This document shows, one piece after another, positions 18,794 through 28,290 of a stretch of DNA of 41,454 nt. The notes below the pieces were generated by a model. The model did not search any database. It was not told where the DNA came from and saw only the letters and a program-made list of their open reading frames with translations. Both the position numbers and the translations under genes were made by a program. How positions within the stretch are numbered: the stretch's first letter is position 1; each line of letters opens with the position of its first letter. The stretch is from Chthoniobacteraceae bacterium (GTDB taxonomy: Bacteria; Verrucomicrobiota; Verrucomicrobiia; Chthoniobacterales; Chthoniobacteraceae): positions 1-41,454 of the forward strand of contig JANNWY010000149.1 of NCBI GenBank assembly GCA_031409335.1, read 5' to 3'.

Positions 18794-19977
18794 CGCGTCC
18801 CGATGTCCCGCGCCTCGTCGTAAAATCCTTCCAGCCGCTCGATCTGTTTGCCCTGCTCGAATTCCTCCCGCACCGCGCGGGATGCCGCCTGGCCGAGGAT
18901 GTAAAGGTGCGCGCTGTCCGATGTGATCGCGCACAACGCCGCGTGCAATGCCGACGGATCGCGCTCGGGCACGAGCAGGCCAGTGCGCTGATGCGTCACC
19001 GCTTCCGGGATTCCGCCGTGCGTCGTCGCCACCACGGGCAGGCCAGTGGCCATTGCCTCCAGCATCGAGTTCGGCACGCCCTCCTGATTTTGGTCCGGCG
19101 GCATTTCGCTCGGATGCAGGAAAACGTGCGCGCCACGATAGAGAGCGGCCAAGTCCGACTGCCCGAGAAAACCGCGCAACTCCACGGCTTCGCGCAGCTC
19201 CAGTTCGCCGATCATCGCGTCGAGTTCGGCTTTCATCGGCCCATCGCCCGCGATGAGGAATTTCGCCTTCGGATGTCCCGCGTGAAATTCCGCGAATGCC
19301 CGCAGCGCCGTTTTCAGTCCCTTCTTCTCGATCAACCGGCACGCCTGGACGAACCGCCACGCGCCGTCCGCGGGCATCGGCCTTTGGCAAAATGGAAAAT
19401 CTGCCAGCGGAATTCCCGTCCGATTCAGCCGCAGTTTCGCCGGCGGGCAGCCCAGCATTTGCAGCCCGGCCATCAGCGAATGCGAGCGCGCGAGCACGAG
19501 CGGGACGGTTTTCAAAAGCTCCTGCATCTGCGCGTCGAAGCCCTCCTGCTGCGGTCGCGGTTGAATGTCCATGCCGTGAAAGGAGACCACGCACGGCCGC
19601 TTCCACTCCTGAATGAACGGCAGTAAATGCACGCCCGTGTGCCCGAAATAAATGTGCATCAAATCCGCGGGCCGCCGCTTCAGCAGTTTGATGAGCACCT
19701 GCAATTCGCCGCGGTAATAGACCGGCGGTTTTTGCATCACATACTTCAGCCAAAACCGCTTCACGAAATTCTTCCGCGCGCGCGGGATCACCTCCACATC
19801 GGCGAAAGGAAACTGCGCCTGCTCCTGCCGCTCCCGCGTCATCACAAAAGTCTGATACCTGCGCAGTCCGGTCACCTGCCGATAAATGTGCCGCATCTCC
19901 GGCTTCAAAAACGTCGTGCAATAGCTGGCCGCCACTGGCTTTCCCGGCGGCTGCGATTCTGCGGGCGATTCAGGCAT
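18790..19977 (-). CDS. Glycosyltransferase family 4
   Basis: HIYFG, SFHGMD, RLIEKKG, EGVPNSMLEAMATGLPVVAT.HGGIPE. Confidence 0.9.
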   Translation of the reverse strand: MPESPAESQPPGKPVAASYCTTFLKPEMRHIYRQVTGLRRYQTFVMTRERQEQAQFPFADVEVIPRARKNFVKRFWLKYVMQKPPVYYRGELQVLIKLLKRRPADLMHIYFGHTGVHLLPFIQEWKRPCVVSFHGMDIQPRPQQEGFDAQMQELLKTVPLVLARSHSLMAGLQMLGCPPAKLRLNRTGIPLADFPFCQRPMPADGAWRFVQACRLIEKKGLKTALRAFAEFHAGHPKAKFLIAGDGPMKAELDAMIGELELREAVELRGFLGQSDLAALYRGAHVFLHPSEMPPDQNQEGVPNSMLEAMATGLPVVATTHGGIPEAVTHQRTGLLVPERDPSALHAALCAITSDSAHLYILGQAASRAVREEFEQGKQIERLEGFYDEARDIGTR

Positions 19978-20185
19978 TCACCGACGAATTTCCGCGACAC
20001 CTCCGCGTTTGCCAAGCGCTCAAAAAGTGGATGCGAAATCCAGGTTGCAACGCGCCGCTACCGTGGTAAAAGCCGCGTCCGTTCGGAGCCAGTAAATGGA
20101 GGTCCTGCCCTCCCGCACTGAACACTCGCAACGCCCCGATGCCTTCTGGCACCGGGGCGTTGTCTCATCCGGATGGCGAGCGCGC

Positions 20186-21274
20186 TCAATGCCGCGCGGT
20201 TTTGAACTCACGCGGATGTCGTCCGTCCAACGCCTTTGCGATCGCGGCGATGTGCTCCGGAGTATTGCCGCAGCAGCCGCCCGCGATATTCAGAAAACCA
20301 CTTTCCGCGAAATCGCCGAGGTATTGCGCCATGTCGTCTGGTTTCAAATCAAAACCCGTCGCCGAAAGCGGATTCGGAAGGCCGGCATTCGGATAGCAGG
20401 AAATCGCGGCGCTCGCCTTGGACGCCAGTTCTTCGAGATGCGGTCGCATGAGATCCGGGCCGAGCGAGCAATTCAGCCCGATCGACAGCGGCTTCACATG
20501 CTTCACCGCAGTCCACAATGCCTCGACCGTCTGCGCCGAAATCATCGTCTCTCCACCGCGCCCGACCGCCGCGGAGATCATGACTGGAAGCTGCACGCCG
20601 TCTTTTTCAAAAACCTCCTGCACCGCGACGAGCGCCGCCTTGGCATTCAGCGAATCGAAAATCGTCTCCACCAAAATCGCATCCGACCCGCCCGCGATCA
20701 GCCCGCGAATGTGCTGAATGTAGGCTGTCTTCACCTGATCGAACGTGCAGACGCGAAAACCGGGATCATCGGCATCCGGTGAATTGCTCAACGACACCTG
20801 CATCGGTCCCACCGCGCCCGCGACGAAACGCTGCCGCCCCGTCGCATTTCCCACACGATCCGCCCATTCGCGGCACTGCCGCGCCGAGGTCTCGCTCATT
20901 TCCCACGAGAGATCGCTCAAAAATGGGTCCTCGATGATTTTCTGGAAAAACTCCGGGTCCTTTCGTCCGCCATGCTCGCGCGGGTCTTCGACAAAAAAGT
21001 CGCTCAAAGCGATCGAGGTCACGCCAAACGTATTCGTCTCGATAATGTCCGCGCCCGCTTCTAGAAAGCGCCGGTGGATGTCGCAAATCATCTTCGGTTG
21101 TGTGAGCGAAAAAAAGTCGCCGCAATTCAGAATATCCTTCTTCACATCCTTAAACCGCTCCCCGCGCACATCCGCCTCCGTCATCCCATACGTGCGAATG
21201 GTCGTCCCCATCGCTCCGTCGATGATGGCGATGCGTTCGCGGAGCAGTTTCTCGAGCGGATGGAGCGTGGACAT
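20186..21274 (-). CDS. Homocysteine S-methyltransferase domain protein (N-terminal module of a split cobalamin-dependent methionine synthase)
   Basis: IDGAMGT, AGADIIETNTF, ETIFD.LNAKAA, GLNCSLGP, YPNAGLPN and GGCCG motifs. It ends right after this domain. Confidence 0.88.
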   Translation of the reverse strand: MSTLHPLEKLLRERIAIIDGAMGTTIRTYGMTEADVRGERFKDVKKDILNCGDFFSLTQPKMICDIHRRFLEAGADIIETNTFGVTSIALSDFFVEDPREHGGRKDPEFFQKIIEDPFLSDLSWEMSETSARQCREWADRVGNATGRQRFVAGAVGPMQVSLSNSPDADDPGFRVCTFDQVKTAYIQHIRGLIAGGSDAILVETIFDSLNAKAALVAVQEVFEKDGVQLPVMISAAVGRGGETMISAQTVEALWTAVKHVKPLSIGLNCSLGPDLMRPHLEELASKASAAISCYPNAGLPNPLSATGFDLKPDDMAQYLGDFAESGFLNIAGGCCGNTPEHIAAIAKALDGRHPREFKTARH

Positions 21275-21547
21275 AAGCGTCCGAAAATAAACGCACGCCC
21301 TGTGCCGGTCGCAAGGAACAAATTATCCCATCATGATGGGACGATGGGTTCATTTGAACCTCAGCTTTTCAGCTCGGCCAGACACAAGAATGGCTGCAAG
21401 GGCGCTGACTCAGCGACGGTGGGTGCCAGGAAAGGAAGAGCTGGCCTGCGGGCTGCTACTGAAGAAGGCATGTTACTTTTCCTGCCTCTCAAGATGTTGA
21501 TGCTCTTCGTGCCCGGCATTGGTCGGACGGAAGATTAGGCGTTTGCG

Positions 21548-22588
21548 CTAGCCGACGCGATTGAGCATCCGGCCTGCGAACCAGGCTTCGATATTCTCGA
21601 CCGTGCATTGATTCCGCCGCAGGACGGCTTCCTCGCTGTTGAAGGCGACGTGCGGGGTGAAGACGACGTTTTTCCTCTGGAGGACGGCGTCGGAGAGCAT
21701 GAGTTCTTCGAGTTCGCGGACGCGCTCGGCGTCGGGCGCTTCTCCGGCGAGGGCGTCGGAGCGGAGGTTTTTGATGATGTCGTCGGTGATGATGTGCGCA
21801 GCGGTGTCGCGGAGGACGCGCTCGTCCTGGAGCACATCAAGGCCAGCCCCGCCGATGATGCCCGAGTCGAGCGCTTCGCGGAGCGCGGCAGTGTCGATGA
21901 GCGCGCCGCGGGCGGTGTTGATGACGATGGCGCCGGGTTTGCAGCGGGCGAAGGTGTCGCGATTCAGCAGGTGATAGGTGCGCGAGGACAGCGAGGCGTG
22001 CAGCGAGATGACGTCGGATTGCGCGAGGAGTTCATCGAGCGTCACGAAGTCGAATTGCAGGGTGCGCGCGATGTCCTCCGGCGTCTCCACGTCGTGCGCG
22101 ATCACTTTCATCTGAAATGCGTGGGCGAGCGACGCGACGCGCTGGCCGATGTGGCCCATGCCGATGATGCCGATGGTGCGTCCGCAGAGATCGAACGCGC
22201 GGGTTTCCTCGTATGAAAATCGCGTTGGCGCTTTGGCCGCGGCCATCACTTCGCGGAGGCGGCGCGAGAGCGCGAGGATGAGGGCGAAGGTGTGCTCGGC
22301 GACGCTCGTTTCGCTGTAGTTGCTGATGTTCGCGACCGCGATGTCCCGGGCTTTGAGGGCCGTGAGGTCGAGATGGTCGGTTGAGTTTGAGCGGGTGCAG
22401 ATGAGCTTCAGTCGTGGATGACTGGCCGCAAATGCCTCGTCGATTTTGTCGGTCAGGAACACGCAGACCACTTCCGCATCGTCGCCCACATCGGCGAGGG
22501 TGCCGACGAACGCGATCCCGCGATCGGGCAGCGCCTGCTCGAAGAACTCGCGTTCGCCGTCTTCGGTCTCGACAAAATAAATGCTCAC
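21548..22588 (-). CDS. D-isomer-specific 2-hydroxyacid dehydrogenase (D-lactate dehydrogenase-like)
   Basis: SVAEH, GIIGMGHIG, INTARG, GLDV and TPHVAF motifs. Confidence 0.9.
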   Translation of the reverse strand: MSIYFVETEDGEREFFEQALPDRGIAFVGTLADVGDDAEVVCVFLTDKIDEAFAASHPRLKLICTRSNSTDHLDLTALKARDIAVANISNYSETSVAEHTFALILALSRRLREVMAAAKAPTRFSYEETRAFDLCGRTIGIIGMGHIGQRVASLAHAFQMKVIAHDVETPEDIARTLQFDFVTLDELLAQSDVISLHASLSSRTYHLLNRDTFARCKPGAIVINTARGALIDTAALREALDSGIIGGAGLDVLQDERVLRDTAAHIITDDIIKNLRSDALAGEAPDAERVRELEELMLSDAVLQRKNVVFTPHVAFNSEEAVLRRNQCTVENIEAWFAGRMLNRVG

Positions 22589-22714
22589 GCGCGGCGAACC
22601 TATGGACCACGAGTGGCGAAACCAACTGAATCTTGCGCGATTGTTTCCGGTATTTGGCTTGCGCGCGTTTCTCGCGTGAACATCGCCGCGGCTTCAGCGA
22701 AGTTCGGCGCTGCC

Positions 22715-24697
22715 ATGTCAGCTCCTGCTCCAACCAAGGAAACGCGCCGCTGGTTTCCACGCTTCACTTCCCGCGAAGTGGAAATCCACGACCACGATCA
22801 CGATCACGCCGACCACCACCACGAGGGCGAGTGGAAAACGCAGCTCATCGCCAGCGCCGTGTGCGCGGTGCTGGGTTTGCTCGCGGCGTATGCCGCCGGG
22901 CCGTCCGCGGCTCTGCCCTTTTTCCTCGCGGCGTATCTCGCGGGCGCTTGGTACACGGCGCAGGAGACTTGGGAAAAGCTACGCGAGGGCGAGATCGACG
23001 TGCATTTTCTCATGCTCGCTGTGGCAGTCGGCGCGGCGGCGATCGGGAAATGGGGCGAGGGCACGATGCTGCTGTTCCTGTTTTCCTTTTCCGGCGCGCT
23101 CGAGCATTTCGCGATGGAGCGCACGCAAAAGGAGATCAGCTCGCTGTTCGACTCCGCGCCGAAGACTGCGATCGTGCTGGATGAAAACGGTGTCGAACGC
23201 ATCGCGCCGGTGGATGAATTGACGACGGGCCTGCGGCTCTCGGTGAAGCCGGGCACGCTGTTCCCGGTCGATGGCGAAATCGTGAAAGGCGACACGACCG
23301 CCGATGAATCGAATCTGACTGGCGAAGCGACGCCGGTGGAGAAACAGCCGGGCGATTCCGTGCTCGCGGGCACGCTGAATCAGGGTGGGCTCGTGGAGGT
23401 AATCGTCTCGCGGCCGGCGCAGGAAAGCGCGCTGCAAAAAATCATCCGCCTCATCCAAAGTGCGCAGCGCAACAAAGCGCCCGCGCAACGTTTCACCGAC
23501 AAATTCGGCAGCCGCTACACCATCGCGATTCTCGTGCTGACGCTGGTGATGTTCTTCGTCTGGTGGCTCGCGATGAACCACGCGCCGTTCGTTTCCACTG
23601 CCACGGCGCCAAGCGCATTTTACCACGCGATGACGCTGCTCGTCGTCGCCTCGCCGTGCGCGCTCGTGCTCTCGATTCCGTCCGCGATCCTCGCGGCGAT
23701 CGCGTGGGGCGCGAAGCGCGGCATCCTCTTCCGCGGCGGTGCGGCAGTGGAGGAACTGGGCGAGATCCAACTCGTCGCGATGGATAAAACGGGCACGCTC
23801 ACGAGCGGCGATTTGCGGGTCGAGAAAGTGGAAAGCTTTCCTTCGGGGCAGGAGGAAAAAGTGTTGCGCCTCGCCTATTCGCTCGACCGCCATTCCACGC
23901 ATCCGCTCGCCCGCGCGATCGTGCGCCACGCAAAAAAGCGCGGCGTCGTGGCGGAGGAAACCACGGGCTTCGAGCAGACGCCGGGGATGGGAATCCGCGC
24001 GCACATTGGCACCGTGGAAGTGCGGCTCGGACGCCGCACCTGGTTGCAGGACAATGCGCGCGCGACTTGCGCCGCCGTGGTGATGCCCGAGCGGATCGGC
24101 GTTTCCGAAGTCTGGCTCGCGGCGGGCGATCTCTACGGGCGGGTGTTGCTGCGCGACGATGTGCGGCCCGAATCGCGCGGGCTGATCGAGGCGCTGCATG
24201 CGCGCGGCTTAAAAACGATGGTGCTCACTGGCGACCGCCAGAGCGCGGCGGATCATCTCCGAACCGAACTCGGCCTCGACGACGTGCGCGGTGAATTGAA
24301 GCCGGATCAAAAGCTCGCGATCATCGAAGGCCTCAGCAAAGACGGCATCAAAGCTGCGATGATCGGCGACGGCGTCAACGACGCCCCGAGTCTCGCTGCC
24401 GCGCATGTCGGCGTGGCGATGGGTGCGCGCGGCAGCGACGCCGCGCTGGAGCAGGCCGAGGTCGTGCTGATGAACGACCGCCTCGAAAACTTCCTCGCCG
24501 CCTACGAACTCAGCCGCCGCGCCCGCCGCATCATCCAGCAAAATCTCACGATCTCACTCGGCGTCATCGTCGTGCTGGTGGCCTGCGCGTTGTTTGAAAA
24601 AATCCCGCTGACCGTCGGCGTCTTTGGTCATGAAGGCAGCACGCTCGTCGTCGTGCTGAACAGCCTGCGGCTGCTTTTCATGAAACCGGGCAAGTGA
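22715..24697 (+). CDS. Heavy-metal P1B-type ATPase (SPC motif, P1B-4-like)
   Basis: His-rich N-terminus HDHDHDHADHHHE, TGE, SPC, DKTGT, HP, GDGVND and HEGST motifs. Confidence 0.92.
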   Translation: MSAPAPTKETRRWFPRFTSREVEIHDHDHDHADHHHEGEWKTQLIASAVCAVLGLLAAYAAGPSAALPFFLAAYLAGAWYTAQETWEKLREGEIDVHFLMLAVAVGAAAIGKWGEGTMLLFLFSFSGALEHFAMERTQKEISSLFDSAPKTAIVLDENGVERIAPVDELTTGLRLSVKPGTLFPVDGEIVKGDTTADESNLTGEATPVEKQPGDSVLAGTLNQGGLVEVIVSRPAQESALQKIIRLIQSAQRNKAPAQRFTDKFGSRYTIAILVLTLVMFFVWWLAMNHAPFVSTATAPSAFYHAMTLLVVASPCALVLSIPSAILAAIAWGAKRGILFRGGAAVEELGEIQLVAMDKTGTLTSGDLRVEKVESFPSGQEEKVLRLAYSLDRHSTHPLARAIVRHAKKRGVVAEETTGFEQTPGMGIRAHIGTVEVRLGRRTWLQDNARATCAAVVMPERIGVSEVWLAAGDLYGRVLLRDDVRPESRGLIEALHARGLKTMVLTGDRQSAADHLRTELGLDDVRGELKPDQKLAIIEGLSKDGIKAAMIGDGVNDAPSLAAAHVGVAMGARGSDAALEQAEVVLMNDRLENFLAAYELSRRARRIIQQNLTISLGVIVVLVACALFEKIPLTVGVFGHEGSTLVVVLNSLRLLFMKPGK

Positions 24698-24711
24698 TGC
24701 GCGTGGCTGCA

Positions 24712-24880
24712 ATTCCGGGTAGCACGCTCGTCCCGAGCGTTGGTCTTCGCGTCCCGCGGAGACGAACTTCCTTCACGCGCTGCCGCAGTTTTGTTCACAA
24801 AATCTGTTCCGACACTTTTGCAAAGTCCATTTCGGCGGGACGCCGAAACCAACGCTCGAGACGAGCGTGTTACCCGGAAT
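24712..24880. repeat. REP/REPIN- or MITE-like palindromic element, family A copy 2 (intergenic)
   Basis: attccgggtagcacgctcgtcccgagcgttgg ... ccaacgctcgagacgagcgtgttacccggaat; same termini as 2565-2711. Confidence 0.85.
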
Positions 24881-24898
24881 CCGCGGCGCGCGCGTAAC

Positions 24899-25465
24899 AT
24901 GAAACTCTTCCACGCCGCCGACATTCACCTCGGTCGCCGTCGCCTGGATGGCCGGCTTCCCGACTCGGATTTCGCCGATGCTTTCGAGCACATCGCCCGC
25001 GCTGCGATTGAGGGGAAGGCCGATGTCTTCCTCCTCGCGGGTGATCTTTTTGACCGCGCGCAAGTCGAGCCGCCGCACCTTCGCCAGGCGCAGGCGACCT
25101 TGGAGCGTCTGCGCGCAGCGGGCATTCCGGTTATCCCGATCGAGGGAAATCACGACAAAGCATCGCTGCATTTCAGCGAAGCGACGTGGCTCGATTTTCT
25201 CGCGGACGACGGCCTGCTTCGCCTGCTGAAGCCGCGGTTCGATGCGAGCGGCGCGATTCTCGACGGTGCGATTTGCGACCTCGGCGGCGTGCGTTTTGTC
25301 GGCGCGGGTTATCTCGGCGCGGCGACTCCGGCGAAGGTACGGCAGATTCTCGAACGGCTCGAAGCGGGGCGCGATCATGTGCTGCTGCTGCACGCGGGCC
25401 CGGATTATTTTGTCGTCGAAGGCGGGGGATTTACGGCGGAGGATTTACGCGGCGTTCGCGAGAGC
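24899..25465 (+). pseudogene. sbcD: SbcD/Mre11-family metallophosphoesterase, 3'-truncated
   Basis: ADIHLG, AGDLFD and GNHD motifs. Family-like sequence ends near 25465, before the GHxH motif, and the ORF runs on into unrelated sequence. The end coordinate is approximate. Confidence 0.7.
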
Positions 25466-25577
25466 GAGCTCTACTTGCGGTTTCCCATCCCTCATCGTCA
25501 CGAACTCCACCGCCGCTATTGCAAAACTTCACTCGCACCCAAACTCTTCTTAACTGTTGATATCGCTGTGGGACCCT

Positions 25578-26177
25578 ATGTTTTATGGAATACTCCTCCT
25601 AGTTATTTGTACGGTAGGTCTGTTCGGTGGTAGTCGTGCCGGCTGTGACATCTGCGGCACTGACTTTAAGCGGACGATTTATACTTGGAATATTCGAGGC
25701 CGGAAGGCGCGGTTATGTCCGACCTGTAGTGGCAAGCTGGACCGCAAAAGGAGTAAACTTGCATTTAGCCCCGGTTCAGATGTTGAGGTTCCACTAATCC
25801 CGGAACGCAATCCTGATAGGCGAGGACTAGTCATTTCCATGCTCGTTTTACTGGGTATTGGGTTCTTCATCTGGTCGTCGAAGCAAAAAAATAACGGTAG
25901 AGACACTCGAGGCACACTCGTAACCAATGCGCCATCAGAGGGGCATACACCGTCCGCGATCTCGGTATCTCCGGCGCTTCCGAGCGAAATCTCGCTTACA
26001 ACACCGATTAGAATTCCCGTTACGATCAACGGCAATCCGTCCGGCACAATCACTCTTCAGGCGGGTACGCGAGTCAAACTCGTGTCAGTGCGCAATGGTG
26101 CAGTTGTCATTCGCTACGTTGATTCCGTGGCGACCGTGCCTTTGACATCGACGGACCTTCACTTGCCCACCCGTTAA
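25578..26177 (+). CDS. Hypothetical membrane protein with CxxC...CxxC zinc-ribbon
   Basis: N-terminal hydrophobic stretch, CDIC...CPTC, a second TM segment and a beta-rich C-terminus. Visibly lower GC than its flanks. Confidence 0.55.
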   Translation: MFYGILLLVICTVGLFGGSRAGCDICGTDFKRTIYTWNIRGRKARLCPTCSGKLDRKRSKLAFSPGSDVEVPLIPERNPDRRGLVISMLVLLGIGFFIWSSKQKNNGRDTRGTLVTNAPSEGHTPSAISVSPALPSEISLTTPIRIPVTINGNPSGTITLQAGTRVKLVSVRNGAVVIRYVDSVATVPLTSTDLHLPTR

Positions 26178-26227
26178 ACTACTCGAAGCTTAGCAAGGGT
26201 TACATTTGTCCAAGAACGAGGCCGAAT

Positions 26228-27811
26228 TCAGTTCAACGACGGGAGTTCTTCCTCCCCATCGTATGCTTTTTCCAGCAATGGCGTAGGGACACTCTTGTTC
26301 GTTTTTACGCCAAGTCGTTTCAACTCCTCTGTTTGCCGCACCAAGTTCCCCTTGCCCTGCGAAAGTTTTTTCATCGCGTCGTCGTATTGCTTTTGGCTCG
26401 CACCGAGCGAATCGCCGAGGCTTTCTAAATCGTGGATGAAGCCGCAGAATTTATCGTAGAGCGCGCCACCTCGCTGAGCGATATCTGCCGCATTTTTCTG
26501 CTGATCCGCTAGTCGCCAGACGGATCTCACGGTGCGCAACGTTGCGAGCAGCGTCGAATTTGTGATAAGTACAACATTCCTATCTAGCGCCTCGTTGAAG
26601 AGATCAGGCTCGTGCGCAACGGCGGCGAAGAAAGCCGCTTCGAGCGGCACATACATGAGTACGAAATCAGGTGAACTGATGCCGTAAAGGTCCTGATAGC
26701 GCTTCCCCGCGAGGTCTTTTACGTGCTTACGGATGCTGTCGATATGTTTCTGCAATTGAAAGGTGCGCACGGTGTCGTCCTCTGTGTTGATGTACGCTTC
26801 GTAATTCGTGAGCGAAACTTTTGAGTCGATGATAAGGTGCTGGCGGTCGGGCAGATTCACGATCACGTCGAGGAAGCGCCGTTGCTCTGCATCGCCGTCG
26901 ATGCCGGATTGCTGGCGTTCATAGTGAACGCCAAGTTGCAGGCCGGATTTTTCGAGGATTTGGTCAAGCCGTTGCTCGCCCCAATTACCAAGAACCTTCA
27001 CGTCACCTTTGAGTGCCCGGGCGAGGTTCGCGGCTTCAGTGCTGATTCGGGAAATCTGGTCTTTGAGGACGGCATTCTGCTTCCCGGATTCGGAGTGCGT
27101 TTCCTCAAGTCGTGATTTGAAGTCTTTCAGGTTCTCGCGGAGGGGATCGAGAATCTTTGCGAGGCCTTCGCTACTCTGTTCTTTGAAATGATTCGCGTTT
27201 TCAACAAGCAGACGATTGGAAATCAACTCGAATTCCTTGCTGAAGGCTTCTTGCATATTCTGCCGTTGGCCTTGTTCCAGTGCGAGCTTCTCGTCGAGCG
27301 ATTCGACGCGGGCGGTGAGATGACTTTTTTCTTTTTCGGCAGTCAGAACTTGTTCGCTCAATGCGGCGGCTGTCGCTCTTGCTTGCTGCGCGTCGTCACG
27401 GAGTTGCGCGAGAGATTTTTCAACCTCACCTAATCGAGCCTCCGCTGCGGCGCGTGAAGATTTTTCCTCTGAAAGTTGCGCGCGTGCCTCAGCCAATTGC
27501 GATTCCGAGATCACGCGCGCCTCCTGTGCGTCGTTCAGTGCCTGTTTATCCTCCGCGCGTTGTTCCTGCGCAGAACTCTCCACCGCCTGCAGCGTTGCTT
27601 GTGTTGAGGCGAGCGACGCTTGAACTGTGGCGAAGTCTAGCTGTGCTTGTGTAAGCGCCGCCTCACGCACCGCAAGCTGCTGGCGTAATTCATCGGTGAG
27701 CGGCTGCAGGTCCACACCCGTCGCCGTGGCAGCTTTACGTTGGCCGAACAGCCAGCCAATGACCCCGCCAAGGAGAACTCCAATCACGAGACCAACAAGA
27801 ACATTTAGCAT
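26228..27811 (-). CDS. rmuC: DNA recombination protein RmuC
   Basis: N-terminal TM and coiled coil, GNWGE..L..ILE.SGL, DVIVNLP...LIIDSKVSL, PDFVLMYVPLE, TLLATLRTV, LYDKF, GKGNLVRQ. Confidence 0.93.
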   Translation of the reverse strand: MLNVLVGLVIGVLLGGVIGWLFGQRKAATATGVDLQPLTDELRQQLAVREAALTQAQLDFATVQASLASTQATLQAVESSAQEQRAEDKQALNDAQEARVISESQLAEARAQLSEEKSSRAAAEARLGEVEKSLAQLRDDAQQARATAAALSEQVLTAEKEKSHLTARVESLDEKLALEQGQRQNMQEAFSKEFELISNRLLVENANHFKEQSSEGLAKILDPLRENLKDFKSRLEETHSESGKQNAVLKDQISRISTEAANLARALKGDVKVLGNWGEQRLDQILEKSGLQLGVHYERQQSGIDGDAEQRRFLDVIVNLPDRQHLIIDSKVSLTNYEAYINTEDDTVRTFQLQKHIDSIRKHVKDLAGKRYQDLYGISSPDFVLMYVPLEAAFFAAVAHEPDLFNEALDRNVVLITNSTLLATLRTVRSVWRLADQQKNAADIAQRGGALYDKFCGFIHDLESLGDSLGASQKQYDDAMKKLSQGKGNLVRQTEELKRLGVKTNKSVPTPLLEKAYDGEEELPSLN

Positions 27812-27927
27812 GTCCGTAAAATGCTGGATGCGGGCTACGCGGCAAGACCATAACCCCAGAAGAACAATCTCGAATCCGCGCGGCGGTTTGGCGGTAGTGG
27901 ACAAAGCGCGTCGTACCTTTCCCGCCT

Positions 27928-28227
27928 TTGAGCCCGGGCGGCGGGCGCGTCGCGATGCTCTCCGGCGGCGAGCAGACCAAACTCGCGCTGGCGATGATTC
28001 GGGAGTTTTGCGCGCTGCGCTTCTGCATTTTCGATGAACCGACTTACGGCGTCGATGCCGACAGTCGCGAAAAACTCGCGGACGCGATCGTGGATGTGCG
28101 GAATGTCAGCGGCTTCGATCAACTGCTGCTGGTGTCGCACGACGACGCCTTCGACGGAAAAATCGAGCACGTTGTCTGCGTGAAAAAGAACGCGGCGACG
28201 GGAACGGCGGTGGAGATTTCAGGCTGA
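27928..28227 (+). pseudogene. sbcC: SbcC/Rad50-family ATPase, C-terminal fragment only
   Basis: LSGGEQ signature, FDEPT Walker B/D-loop and VSHD H-loop, with no Walker A or coiled coil upstream. Confidence 0.7.
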
Positions 28228-28264
28228 AAAACAGGAGCCCGGCGCCGCTAGCGACACCGGGCTC
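28227..28264 (-). terminator. Rho-independent terminator for the porin gene (possibly bidirectional)
   Basis: Minus strand gagcccggtgtcgc-ta-gcggcgccgggctc followed by ctgttttt. Confidence 0.65.
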
Positions 28265-28290
28265 GTGAGTTTTTCTGGCGTGCCCCGGAG

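Noticed and set aside
21290..21540. Possible SAM or cobalamin riboswitch upstream of the MetH module
   Set aside because: I could not find the conserved cores of either on the minus strand by eye. An Rfam scan would be needed.
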